Assembly: GCA_965655095.1 (NCBI GenBank)
Contig: OZ296652.1
Coordinates: 42,284,001 to 42,348,000, forward strand
Direction of reading: 5' to 3'
Source of the DNA: Haplodiscus bocki
Taxonomy: Eukaryota
DNA length: 64,000 bases
Part shown: piece after piece, positions 1 through 13,300 of the stretch
How the letters are laid out: every line of letters starts with the position of its first letter
How positions within the stretch are numbered: the first letter of the stretch is position 1
Notes under the pieces: model-generated
Databases searched by the model: none
What the model was told of the DNA's origin: nothing
The model's input: only the letters and a program-made list of their open reading frames with translations
Translations under genes and position numbers: made by a program

Positions 1-1338
1 AAGTACTTCTGTGAACTTCCAAAAAGTAATTGGCTACAACTTGGGAAGATGAGATGCGCAACTTAGGGATGGCGTACAAAATTTGTACGCTCACTTGAGA
101 GCGTCTTTTTGGTTGTTCGGGTAAACTAACTTTTCTAAATAAAGATGAACTCACTTTGTGCAATGATCAATAAGCCAGGAACGGCCCAAGATAGCGCCAA
201 CCGTAAAGCTCAGAACATCCAAAGTAGAACCATTGTTCTTCAAAAGTCGTGTCATTTCCTACAAAAAATTTAATGCAATCTTGTTTTTCTGATAGAACTA
301 TCGCAATTTTTCTGAAACGATATGCAAAAACTGTGCCTAAAATTTAAAAACTTAGCTGAAGCTCTCTTTTATACTGTGTAGTGCCTGAAAAAGTCCTTAG
401 CTCAAATATCTTAAGTCTACGCCTCTCTAGGATTTTTTTGAACGTAAATACGTTGTTTCTGCGTTATCTTGGACGTAAAACTAATGGATACCTTAAAAAC
501 TTCAGTGGCCCAAAAGGTTTGAACAGTTTCACGCGGTGAAAAAAAAACAAATGCAATTGTAATAGCGCCAATCAAAAACAACAGTATGCTTAAGACAACA
601 GAATGCTTTGAAATAGATTTCTTAAAAATGAAGGCAATATTTCAGAATAGTTATCGGCATTCTCGAAATTTTGGTATAATTACTACATAAAAATGAACTA
701 GTACACTTTTTCCTACAACGTTTCTTACAGGCTGAAAGATATCTCTTTTCTTATCCTCGTTAAGCTGGCAAACTCTCTGCTTATTACGGTCGAAACGCGT
801 TTGTTTCTTTGTTGCTGTCGCAGCACGTCTGCGAAGCCTGCGGACAGACTCTCCCTACAAGAACGAACATTCCCGGACACTCTAAAGACTGAAATAGACT
901 TTACCAAAACTAAACTGTATGTTTTATTTATAAATTGAACGTATCTAATATATCTGTTACGGAGCGTTTACGTATTATGTCATTTTATACAAATTGCATG
1001 TAATCGATACGTATTATCTACGTAGCATCCCGGTGCATTGATCCAGACTGGGACGGAACCGTTACGGAACAATACCATTTATTCACCTGATTTTACGTGC
1101 ATATTTATATTTTTGAAGTGCCTTATTTGTAAATTATTTGTGTACTAATCATACAAATCCACCTGTTCAAAAGTTCAGTCGAGTAATTTAGAGCGAAATT
1201 GATAATGTCAATAAGTTTGATTAGATTGACTACAACTGCAGTATATAGAGCTTGACTTAAAAGTGAATATTTGGTCCGTACGTGTTCGGTCGCTAGCAAT
1301 CTGGTGACGTCACTTCAATTTGTTTCCGATTTCTGCTA

Positions 1339-1530
1339 CTATGCTGAAACGTACGTTTTCCGTCGAAAGATGGTAAAAACGCAGCTTATGAGGGACGAAA
1401 CGGATGGAAAGGTGTTTATTTCCCCCCAAAATCGGTATCTTGTGCCTTTGTAGTTAATATGAATAAAGTACTTATCCCTACTTGTACCTTGACTTGGCGT
1501 ATAAACAAATATGTTCCCCGCCAAGGAAAA
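1339..1530 (-). pseudogene. Conserved antisense ORF of LTR copy 1 (GNIFVYTPSQGTSRDKYF...WGEINTFPS)
   Basis: Homologous peptide in the same relative position in all three LTRs, with many third-position synonymous differences. Confidence 0.55.
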
Positions 1531-1746
1531 ATTAAAAATAGGAGAAATGAAAGTACTATTAATATTTTAAAATATTGCACGGTACTGTATAACGATTTTT
1601 TGAGTACTTTTCAATTTGATAAGCGGTTGTTGATTGGAAACTAACTTCTGTTGAAGAACAAGATTTTTTAGTTGTAGTAAAACTAATTTGAGCTACAAAA
1701 TTTTTCAGTCTTCAAAATGGGTGAGATTTTTCCTTCTTCCAAGATT

Positions 1747-2154
1747 ATGGCAACGTCAAGAAACAAGAAGAAGTTGGCAACTATGGCAAGAGAAATAAAA
1801 GAGGATCCTAGGAACGACCAGTCGCAAAACTCAGCTGCTCCTGGAATCATTGACGATTATATAGCACCAGTTTCCGAAGAAATTGACGGAAGGGTTATTA
1901 AAAAACTATCCCAGGAATTCAGCAGGACAGAGTCCTGCATCTTGGGTGCTCTGTCCAAGTTAGACGAATTTCTCTTGAACCCACAGGTACGGACATTCTC
2001 CGGGACCGTTCCGGGTACATTCCGGAACGCCGTCGAAAGGAAACCAGGAGCCAAGCGGGGGTCGTTCCTAGAATGATCCCCATCCTGAAGTGGAGTTCTG
2101 TGTCTATCGTGACAGCAATTTTAGGTGACTCAGACCCGGACGAGACCTCTCACA
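1747..2154 (+). pseudogene. Gag N-terminal fragment inside LTR copy 1 (MATSRNKKKLA...SEEIDGRVIKKLSQEFSRTESCILGALSKLDEFLLNP)
   Basis: ATG at 1747; clearly homologous to the ORFs at 16222 and 29015; frameshifted near 2035; runs to the LTR end. The gag label is inferred from position and family recognition. Confidence 0.7.
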
Positions 2155-2899
2155 GTTACAACGTTTACAACTCGCAAAAACGGTTGGGTTGAATTTCATT
2201 TGTAGCTAACAAAATCGGTTTTTTCCGTGTACTGATAAAAAAATATATGGACCTACGCCCTGAGTAACTACAACCGTCAGGGTTCAGATCCCATCTTGGC
2301 CAACATATTTTGCGTTCATTCGTTCCTTTCTCAATTTGGCAGCTTTTTTGGGAACAAGCGCTATTTTCTTAAATAAAGTGACGTGTTTTCTGCATTCAGA
2401 AATAGTTTGAAAACTTCATCGCTTCGAAACTTTCAGAAACTTTTGACCAGTTTTGCCGAGATTTCAAACTGGTACAAAAAACAAGTTTTGAATCATATGC
2501 GAAGCAGAGCTGAGTTTTTGACCGCTAAGAAGTTTTTTCTTATATTAGGTCAATTTTTGGCGATATTCTCGACTGCCTCAATTTCTTCTCGCAGAAAGTT
2601 CAAAAGTTGACGCAAACAAAAAGTTTTCCAGAATTTCCAAGTTTCTTGCCAAAATAATGGGAAGTTTCACAAAAGTAATGTGAAAAATCGCTAGTTTTTT
2701 CTGCATTTTTTCTTAACTATTGCTTTTTTGGTTCAGAGTTAGTTTTTTTGGCCCACCGTTGTTTGAAAATAAAGCAGTGCTTCTGCGCCTCTTGTTTTTC
2801 TTTCAAACAATCTTTGATGGCCTAAATTTCTTATTATATCTCGTCAAAATATGATAAGACATCCTTTTCTGAGCTAAAATTATGAAAATAGTGTTAAAA

Positions 2900-5800
2900 T
2901 AAATCAAGATGCGAAGTCGGACCGCGGTCTTTCCATCCAAAGTGCGCAGATATGATTGGTTGTACGCAAAACAAGACACTTTTACAGGGTAAAAAAATTC
3001 GAACAAAAGAGGAAATTGCTGGCAGACTAATTTTTGGAAGACTCCTCTGTGTGTTTGCAGAATTATTCATAAATATCGGATATTGGAAAAAATATCTCAA
3101 AAATAGCACTTTTCCTCAATTTCGACCAAGCAAGATTCCCAAAAATTGACAGGCCTTAGTTCAGTCTAACAGTCATTCAGGAGAGTTAAAACTTCAAGCG
3201 AGACATTGATTGAAGAAGACAAGGCGGTACGTTTTTAGAAGTATGAGTTTAAAAACTGAGAGTGGCCTATAACAATAGCACTTTTTGCCATTTCCGGCCC
3301 ATCAAAATCCCATCGCGAGGACTAAACTTTATAGTTCTTTCATCCTTCACAAGTAAAATGCTGTCGGTTGACTTTTGAAGGAAAAAATGAAACAAGTAGT
3401 ATGTAGTAAAGAATAAATATCCAGTTTGAATAACTTGGCGAACTTTTTCAAAATGAAAATTTTCTTCTGAACTTTTATCTGAACTTCAGTCTATCAGGTG
3501 TCTATCACACAGAACGAAATATTTAAAGAAAGGAATCTAAAAATTCAGATGACAAGACCTGTGCAAGAAAGAAACTGTCAATAAGGAGCTTGTTGGAAAA
3601 ATTGGTAGTCTTGAAGATAATTGTGTAAAAACATCAACCTGAAGCATCCAAGTGAGTGAATTGGGGCATATTCGGCTAATAAAGCTTTCAGTAGAAAGAG
3701 AGTTGACCGAGTTTTTCCAGCTTCCTTCGCTGTGAACAAAACTGTGGATTGAGAATAAGATAAGAGAATCCAACCATTGTTAGATTTTTTTTATGGCTTC
3801 TTCATTATTATGTTGTGCTCAATTTTATTTGTGGTGTTTGAGTGCTTAAAGCGAGAATTGAAGCTTGTCGTGTCGAAAAACAGTACAGTTTGAAGGTCAT
3901 AGCAACCAGTAAAAATCTCAATTTTCAACGGTTTTGCTCTATCAAGTAGCCTTGGCATGAAACCAAACGTAATATTCAAAATTTAGGAACCGTTCAAACA
4001 AGAATATGTCAAAAGAGAGTTTGTTGGAGGAATTGGTAGTTTTGAAGAAAATTGCGTGAAAGTAACAAAGTGAAGCATCCGAATGGGAAGACATGGGAGC
4101 ATTAAACCTATCAGGCTTCCAATAGAAGGTGAAGAACCCGATTTCTGCGGGCTTCTTTCTAAGGGTAGAAACTGTGGATTCACACCAAAACATGAGAATT
4201 CAACCCAGATATCAATATGGGATTTTTCTCATGGCTCTTCCTTAAATTGCTTTCCTCACTAATAGTTGTGTTATTTAGTGCTATTGATTGTTTAGTGCAA
4301 AAATTGCAGCATGTAGTGTTGAACATAACGAACAAAAAAAGCTTCACGGGACATTTGCGGGCTATCAAGACTGCAAAACAAGGCAGTAGATTAGTGTTGT
4401 TAGTCCAAAATTCTTCCACCACTGAAAAAAAATTATATACAAAGACTTATTGTCGATTCTGCCAAATCAGAACCTTTTGTTAGCAATACAGTTCACGTTT
4501 TTTTCATCGAACTGTCCTCTCACAAAAAATCTTCTAGCTAAGGTTTTCACGGAACAAAGGAAGCAGGTAGTGATGAAGTATACTCCAGTTCGATTACCAA
4601 CATAAATTATGTAAAATTTCACTTCTTGGCTAGTTCGGTTTACCGGGTATCAGTGGCAGGGAACCAAAGGTAAAATTTGAAAACTTAGGAAGATTGATGC
4701 AATCGGAAAACTGACGATGTGGAGCTCCATATTCTGAAGGAAAGCTAGTTTGAATATGAAGATGAATCAAACAAGTAGATAGTGTTTGGGACATTCGTCT
4801 TATCAAGCTGGTAGCGGAAAGAAGGTGACCAATTTACTTTCTTTGGGCGATAATCTGAGGTAGAAATTTTTGGTTGGGACTACTATCGAAGAATGTCAGC
4901 AGGAAGTTGAAAATGATTGAGTTTGAGTTCATTTCCGAGATATGTATGTACTAATCGCACAGGTTGGCATTTTTGGAACGTCAGGATTCCAGTGTGAGAA
5001 AACAAATTATGATTTTGAGATAGCATGCACTTTTTTGAAAAGAGGGCTGCCGAATGACGCTTCATGGAATGATTCAAGCTAATACGTATACTGAAGTATG
5101 AAAAAAAACCCTAACATAAGTTGTGAATCAAAGGATTTCTTTGTTTGTTTGGACCTTTAGTTTCCCAACACAAGGAAAGAATCGATGACTTCCACGAAAC
5201 AAAAGTCCTCGAAAAAGAAACTTTTGTTTGTTCAGAACTTGATGGGAGAAGCAAAGTGGTTAAATTGGAGTAAGTTGAGTTTGAGATTGGATATAGGTAA
5301 TTGGTAAAAGAACTTTTCTGTTGCTCTGACTACCAAAGTTCCAACGGACAGAAAGAAATTGTAAAGAACATCATTGAAAAATCGTACTAAAGTAGAAAAT
5401 TTCAAATTGAGACCATAACGGCAGAAGCCAATCCAATATATTGGGAGATTAGTGAGTCGTGATGTCGAGAGATTTCAGAATTCAATGTTTTTCGTGGATG
5501 TTTTCAGTTTTTCAGTATACCAATGCAAAGTAACTAATCGATAATTATTTCGATTGAATGTCTCTCGCGGAAAAATTTTCACTTTGAGACTTTGACGAAA
5601 GCAACCAAGAGAACCCTAGCATTTAGATTTTTAGAAACTTGGATTGAATACTGAGACAACCCAGCTGAAAAGCAAATATTGGCAAATTCGGAAAATCGAA
5701 ATTCCGACACTGGGAGCAGAGGAGAAAATTTTTTGATGCAATCTCCCTGCACTGCAAAAAAATTCCCACTTTAGACCTTTTTGGGAGACATTAATCAGAA

Positions 5801-8800
5801 AGTTATCAAAACTTTCAAATAAATATAGAGCGAAAAACCTTCATAAGTGCAGGTTTTAGTATTTTCGGACAATGAAGCTTCCGATACAAAGAAGATTAAA
5901 AAAAAACGTTTCATCGACTAGCCCAGCAGAATTGAAACTCTGCCCGCTGCAACGTCAACGGAAGATATCAAGTCACAAGTTGAGACGAAATTTAAAATTG
6001 AATTTTGACTCAAATCAGAAATTTTAGCATTTTTTGACGAATTCAGATAAATGAGAACATGACGAAAGAAACCGGTAAGATGAATTCGCCATACAGTAGT
6101 ACCACACAACCAAAAAACTAGCTATTGACTGAGGTGTTGATAGAATCGAGTCCGAAATTTGGAAAAATTTAAGCTTTATCGTTGGAGGAAGTAAATATTG
6201 ACCGCAATTGCTGTATTTTTTGGAAAAAAAAGATACCGACCCAGGGAACAAAACTGATGTTTTTTAAGCCGACGAGTCAGTCCAAAATAGAAGCCTACCA
6301 TTGAAACCCTTTTGCAATGAAGCGAACTAGTAGTTTTGGCGAGGTATTAGTTTGATATCGACCGAACAACAACAACATTAATTGCACATTTGGAAGTTTT
6401 TAGTCTATGGGGATTCTGAGCTGATTTCTGAAGTTCAAAAGTGGACAAAAATTGATGAAAGGAAGAAAAGACGCGTGGGTTTTGCCGAAACTCTTTTTGA
6501 ATATCGAGAGTTGTTTTTAGTAAAAGCACTTTTGCCATTTTGGAAAAAGCAAGATCTGATTGTGAATTTTATTTCACAGAGTTTGTCCAATGAATTGACC
6601 TCCTCAGTTTTATTTGTGCTAATTGAGTGTTCAGGGCAAGACTTGAAGCACGTGGTTTTGAAATACAGAACAGCTCGAATGTTTTGACCATTGTCATTGC
6701 TCGAATAAAGTCCAGATGAGAGGCTATCAAAAACTTCTTAGGATAAATTAAGAGGGAACTTTATGAGGTGTATGAGTTTGAGCATAGGGAGTTGTCTACA
6801 AAAAGAGCACTTTTTGCCCTTCCAGCCTACTAGGGTCCCATTATGATGACTGAAGTTCGTATCTTCTTAGAACAAGATTACCTTCAAGTAACACGCTGGT
6901 ATTTGAGACCTTGATTCAAAAAATGCGGCAGATAGTATTTAGGAAACATCTAATGTGACTGTTTTGACAACAAAATTGAAAAAACATTCCTTGGCAGCCT
7001 CTAAACATCGATTATATGTGACAATGAACCAATCCAAGGTTTCAGGGGTTAGCAAACGTTAGAGTTGAAAGCTCTCAAAGTAGGGCTTTTTGGGATGAAG
7101 TTTTCTTTCCAAGGAAGTTGAGTTTCAATATCAAAATGACTCAAATGAATTAGTAATTCTCTACATATTAGACCCATCATGCCTAAAATAGAAGAAAAGT
7201 ACCCAATTTACTTTCATTGAGGCAACTTTTGAGGGAGGAAAACAATTGGCTGGGACCCCGATAGAAGAAACTCGGTAGGAAATATTAAGAAAAAAACGAG
7301 CTTTGTTATGAAGATAAACGAAAATTGATATCATAAGTTGACATATCCTGATGTCATTTGTCTTCTGTGAGAATATTGTGTATTTCCTTTTGGATTGCTT
7401 TTTAAACCAAAAGAAAAACGCTGCTGATTGAGACCTTTATTTTTGAAACCGAGCAATTAAATAAATAGAGGAGCCATCTTAGCTTTTCAAACAAGTCATA
7501 TATCATAGCAAAATTGGGTCCTTTCGGGTAATCAGTGTTCTGACGTAAGAAACGATTTCGTTGTTATTTCAGTCCAACAATCCTTCCGAAAGAAACATAT
7601 TGCTTTTCGAGATCCTGATAGGAGGAAGCGAGCCTGTATGTTTGGAGAATTATATGTCTTAATAGGAAGGGCCTCAAATATTATTAGCACAATGACACTT
7701 TTTTCTTCTGACTAACAACATTACACTGCATGGAGTGAATAGTTTTGAAATTTTTCCTCGAAAATCCTTCAGAAGTAGAAAGCTGAAGATTGAGATCAGA
7801 ATGAAAGAAGTGAAGTTATTATTTCTATGAACTTGACTGTTTTCAGCCGAATAGAGTTGCCGAGAAAATGATGCGGTTTGAGACGTGCTGACTGAAACCA
7901 AGAGAAACAAATCATGTAGGTTTGGAGAAAAAAGAATCTGAATACCGATGTAAGTCATTTTTAGGGTCACATTTTGCCTCTTTCCTACAATGAATTGGCC
8001 AACACAGTGGTTGAAGAAGATCAATTTTTTCTCCTATAGCCTTCCACAAGAGCGAAATTGCCAATTGTGACTTCGAACGAAGAAGTCAAACCAACCGTTA
8101 AGACGAAACATGAAATTACATAAAGAAATGAATCAAAGATCTTTGTAATTCTTGATCTTTTGGCACAGTGAGTATTCCAAAGGTAGAAAAAATGATGAAA
8201 TGTTTTCTAAATAGCCTTCCAAAAGTAACATGATGCCGCGTGTGTTGTTAACAGAGGACGTCAAGTCAAAAGTTTTGGAGAAACTTGAAATTGAATGTCG
8301 AGGTGATTCGATATTAAGAGCAAGTAAGTTTTCGTCAACTTCGGACAGTTAAAAACAGGTGGAATACAAAACTCTCGCCTCGTGAAACCCAGAAATGGGA
8401 AACCTCTAGGTTGTCAGCGGTATACAAAGTCAAACTTTTTTGCGTTGTTTAATCCAACACAGCAGAACGCATTCATCATTGAAGAAACTTTGAGTTTTAA
8501 GGCAATATCACCCGAAGTTCATTTCTTGGAGCACAGCAAAAAGTGAAATTTGGTCGCACCACAACATAAACTTTGGTTTCGAGTCCTACTCTTTCGCGAA
8601 AACACTTGGGTGTTTCCAGTAGCAGACCTATGACTGGAAATTTTTTTCGGACTGGTTGAGGACTTTTGATCTCGGAGATTTGGAAGACTCGCACTTTTGG
8701 TTTTCGACAAGGTTCAAGTAAATCCGCTCTGCCGTAACGACTTCCTGATGTAACACCTCTCAGAACAGAAACGTGCTGCGTCCTTTTGAAGTTTATCGGA

Positions 8801-10320
8801 TTCTTTTGACGGTTTTGGACCGCTCGGAAGTCGATACTGAGAAGACATATTTTTCGTGACCAAAGAATTCAAAATTGAAGAAGCATTGGAAATCCCATGG
8901 TAAAAATTTTATCTGTGAAACGCCTTGCAATCTGCAAGCAAAGCTCGCACACGCTGCCGAGGACCACACATGCTGCCAAAAGCATTCGTACAGCAGTCAA
9001 AAACTGCACTGGAAGAATGGAGTTCTGACATGCGCAGATTTTCCGACTAGGAAAAGTGAAAGACTTCTCTTTTTGTCCCCCAACTTCTCCACTTTTGCCA
9101 TCGACTTCTTCACAATCTCTTTTAGAGACACTCAGGTACCAGACAGAGTGGCGAGAAGCGTTAACGCAGAGATCAATAGAACAAATTTGAGAAGACACAG
9201 AAAACTTAGGAAACAAAGAGGGGCCGAGAAGGCGAAAAGTCTGGTGAAAATTGACAACGAAGACAAAGTTTTTGCAGTGGAAGGGGAATCAAAATGTTTG
9301 CAGAAAATGATATTTGAATAAATAGACGATGTTTTTGTCTTTCTGGATCCTCAAATTTACATAAACATTGGTTCGAACGAGATCGACGTGATGTGTATGT
9401 AGAAGGTACCAAGTCGCGAGATGCATTTTGGGAGCTATTTCCTAAGAGAAGTCACTAATGGTTGTGGAGGATACTAGAATCCAACTGGGAACCCCAGATA
9501 GCATTAGAAGATTACAGGACAAAACAATGGGACCCCAAGAATGTGACGTTGGGGACCAATGTGAGTTAGGCTGACAAAATTTCTCAACGACGTAACTTAA
9601 ACGCATCATTTGAAAGAAACTTGTGGCAACTGGCAGTACTGAGTCGGACAATTCGAACAATTTACGGCTCTGCAACAGAAGCTGCAACCGAAATAGGAGA
9701 ACAAGTAAGACCAGAGAAAATTAAACACAGAGATGGTTCAAGGGAGAGTCTTGATTTTTGTAACAAAACATGTATTACTAGCTACTGCTGACCCGCCAAG
9801 ATACCATGATGAGCAGCAAAAACTGAGCACGCTTGAACCGTAGAAAAAACAGAAGCTGAACTACAGGCTGGACGCAATGGGGAACGAAGTACGACAAAAA
9901 AGGCAACTATCAGCAAAAAAGGGATCAATTATTTCATATTTTTCCAATACTGCTCGCTTTGCAACTGGCGATGGAATTTGGAGCCAAATCCGAGGTATGA
10001 GAAGTGATACAAAACCTAGTTGGGTTCGATTTTATCAAGTGAGAAACTGCAAAAAATTGCCTATGACCCACGCTCTTGTCCCAGCTGCTAAAGGTTGGAT
10101 GCAACCCCAGGCTTACATTGCGACAGAAAGAAGGCTAAGACAAAGCATGGACAGCACTCAACAGTTATTCTTCGGTACCAGAAAGGTGAGTTTCATTGGA
10201 GGTTCAGGGTTGATGAAGAACCGAACCAAACTGAACATGAAAATACCCCAAGTCACTCAGCTACTTGAATTAACCAAGCACGTACCTGGAACTCTAGCAG
10301 AAGTATTGACTGGTGATCAT
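2900..10320 (+). pseudogene. Heavily decayed coding relic with internally duplicated modules (possibly retroelement internal region)
   Basis: Diverged direct repeats: 3540-3770 vs 3975-4200; 3260-3345 vs 6790-6870; 4780-4900 vs 7150-7290; 5935-6005 vs 8055-8120 vs 8230-8295 (LPAATSTEDIKSQVETKFKIE / LPIVTSNEEVKPTVKTKHEIT / MPRVLLTEDVKSKVLEKLEIE). Many stops and no diagnostic motif. Confidence 0.35.
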
Positions 10321-10339
10321 TTTTTACTTGGACGCAAAA

Positions 10340-13300
10340 GCGTGAAGTTTTCTTTTAAATTTCGGCCTTTTGGCCAGAGAGTTTCGGCAGGAGTGTCAAA
10401 ACTGCATTCTGCGTGTCCGGTGGAACAACTCGGCAAAAAACGTCTTTTTAACATTTTTTTTAATTTCTGGCATTAAGCTAAGTTTTTTTGACAAAACTGC
10501 ATTTCATGTGTCCAGAGAAATCTTTTAATGGAGTTTGTCTCGACAAAAGCTAGAATTTGTCATCAGTTTTGGATATTAAGTAAAAAAACTTTTGGCCTTC
10601 CGTTGAGTTTTTCCCAGTAAAGTTGTCAAGAATGCATTCTACGCGTCCTAAAGATTTTTTTGCGGAATAATTTTTTCCTGAAAAAAAATTCAATCTTTTT
10701 CGAACACTGAATAAAAAACTACCAACAAGCAAGCAAATTTTTTAGGCAGGTTCGTCAAAACTGCATTCTACGCGCCCAAAGGTACATTTCTCGGAAGAAA
10801 AATTCCAAAAAAAGTTTCATTATTTTTAAACATTGGGCAAAAAACATCAGCATACTGGCGGAAATTTTTCGGCAGTGTTGTTGAAACTGCTTGTTGCATG
10901 TCCATTTTGATATCTTGGGGTTTTTTTAAAAAAAAACATTTATTATTCAGCCTCAGACGTTGAGCCAAATTTCCTTGGCCTTTTGGTGAATTTTCTACCG
11001 GTGTGTTTGTCAAAACTGCATTCTACGCGCCCAAAGGAACATTTTGCGCCAGAGAACTTTTCGAAATTTTTTTAAAATCGTTTTTGAACATTGGGCAGAC
11101 AAACTATCAACAAACTGGCGAAAAAAAATCGGCAGGGTTTTCAAAATTGCATTGTGCATATCCAAAAGAATATCTTGGGTAAAAAAGCATCCTTTTGAAA
11201 AAAAAATTGATTTCTGATGCAATTTCGGACATTGAGTTAAATTCTTTTGCTTTTTATCAAAATTTTTCATCAATTTCGGACTTCGAGCGACAATTTTTCT
11301 GCCTTGGGACATAAATTTCACGGCAGAGTTCTCAAAGCTGCCTTATACGCATGCAAAGGGAAATTTTGGAGAGAAAAAACTGTTTTCTCAAAAACTTTGG
11401 GACATTGATTGAAAAATATTTTTTGGGAAAGTGTTTCTTTCTGGGAAAACGTAATTTCTTTTTGATTTTCGGGCATTGAATGACAATGTTCCATTTTTCT
11501 TTTGAAAAAGTTCAAGGAGTATGAAAGGCGCATTCTACGTGTCCAGAGGATCAATTTGGAAGAAAGAAATTCGATAGAAAAATGGAATTTTCTGTGCTTT
11601 TTTGGACTTTCAGCAAAAAACTTTATACTTTTGACAGAAGATTTTTGGCCGGGGTTGTCGCAATTGTTTTTTGCGTGTCGTGAGGAACAGTTCGAGGATT
11701 TTTTGTATGAAAAATTTTTCTTTCTATCATTTTTGGACAATGAATGGAAGCTTCTCGCCCTATATTCAAAAACGGTTCGGCATGATCAAAAAATTTCGGC
11801 TGTTTGACCAAAATTTTTCGTCACCCAAGTCAAAACTGCATTCTATGTATCCATTTAAACTGTTTGAAACCGTCTGAGTAATTTTGAGAAAGATTGAGAA
11901 ACAAATGGAAAAAAAATTTCAAAAAATTTGGAAATTTTCGTAAATTGAAAAAAAAAATATTCAACCTCCGGTCAACGGTTTTTCGGCAGGGATATCAAAC
12001 TTGCAATCTATGTGTCCTTTTAAACAGTTTGAAACCTTCTGATTTTCAAACATTCTCGAACTTCTTTCAGAAAATGAGCGAAAAATTGTTCAGACTCCGG
12101 AAAACGTTTTTGGCAGTGATGTCAAAGCTCCATTTTTTTGCGCATGAGAAGATTTTGAGGAAATTTATTGTTTATAGAAAAATGTGTATTCTTCTTCTTA
12201 TTTCCGAAAATTGAGCGAATATTTTTCAGCTTTTGGTTGGAAGAGTTGCGGTAGGTTTGCGAAAACTGCCTTTTGTGTGACCCCTTAAACAATTGGAAAC
12301 ATTTTTGTTACTAATGAAGAACCCTGAGATGCAGTTTGAAAGAAAAATAAGGAAAATATTAGAGTTTTTTTTATCATTTTAGGACCTTGAGCGACGATTT
12401 GTTTAAAGTTTGGGTGAAAAAATTGCTGAACCATTTCTTTTAGAGAAACAAACTTGAACTGTTGATCTTTTTCGACATTTAGAAGAAAAACTACCAATTT
12501 TTTTAGCAAACGCTTTTCAACTCGGATGTCACAACTGCTTACTACCTACCCAGATGAAAATTTTTCTTGAAAATAACTTTTTTCATCACTTTTGGAACTT
12601 GGCCGGAAGTCTTTTGGACCATGCGGGAAAAAATTTTGGCGTGAGTGAAACTTTTCAGCCTTTTGGCCAAAGTCTTTCGGCAGGCGTATCTGAACTGAAA
12701 GCTCTTTGTCCATATGAGCAGTTTGAAAATTCTGAAGAATAGTGAGAATCACAGAGGAACAACCTGGGAGACTTTTCGAAACTTTTGAACTTTTTGAATC
12801 ATTTTCGAACAGTGAGAGAGAAACTTTCTGCCTTTCGACAAAAATTTCTCGGCGTGAGTTTCAAAGCTGACTTTCACGTATGCAGAAAAAATACTTGAGA
12901 AAAAATTGCTTTTCTCAAAGACTTCGGTACTCTGACTAAAAATTCATTAAATTTTTGGCGAGAAACATTCGGCGGGGTTGCTAAAACTGCACTTCTAGTA
13001 GATATTTTGAGGAAAAGTGTTTTTTCCGGAAGTACGTGAAATTTCCTTAAAATTTTCGGACTTTGAGCTACGATTTTTCGTTTTTTTGTTGGAAAAATCC
13101 AGGCATGATTGTCAAGCCCCACTTTACGAGTCTAGTGAATCAAAGTGGAAAAAAAATCAATTTTCTGAAAAAAAAACACTTTTTGTTCTTCTTCGAACAT
13201 TCAGCGAAAAAAACTTAAATTTTATGGCAAACGCTTTTCATCTCGGATGTCACAACTGCTTCCTACCTATCCAGATGATCCAAGCCGGTCAGGATTGAAG

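Larger units (their letters stand above)
816..2154 (+). mobile_element. Solo LTR (Ty3/Gypsy-like), copy 1
   Basis: Begins TGTCGCAG (816) and ends CTCTCACA (2154). Flanked by GTTGC (811-815) / GTTAC (2155-2159), a 5-bp TSD with 1 mismatch. The 5' end TGTCGCAG...TGCGAAGCCTGCGGA is shared with copy 3. No internal pol follows. Confidence 0.85.
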
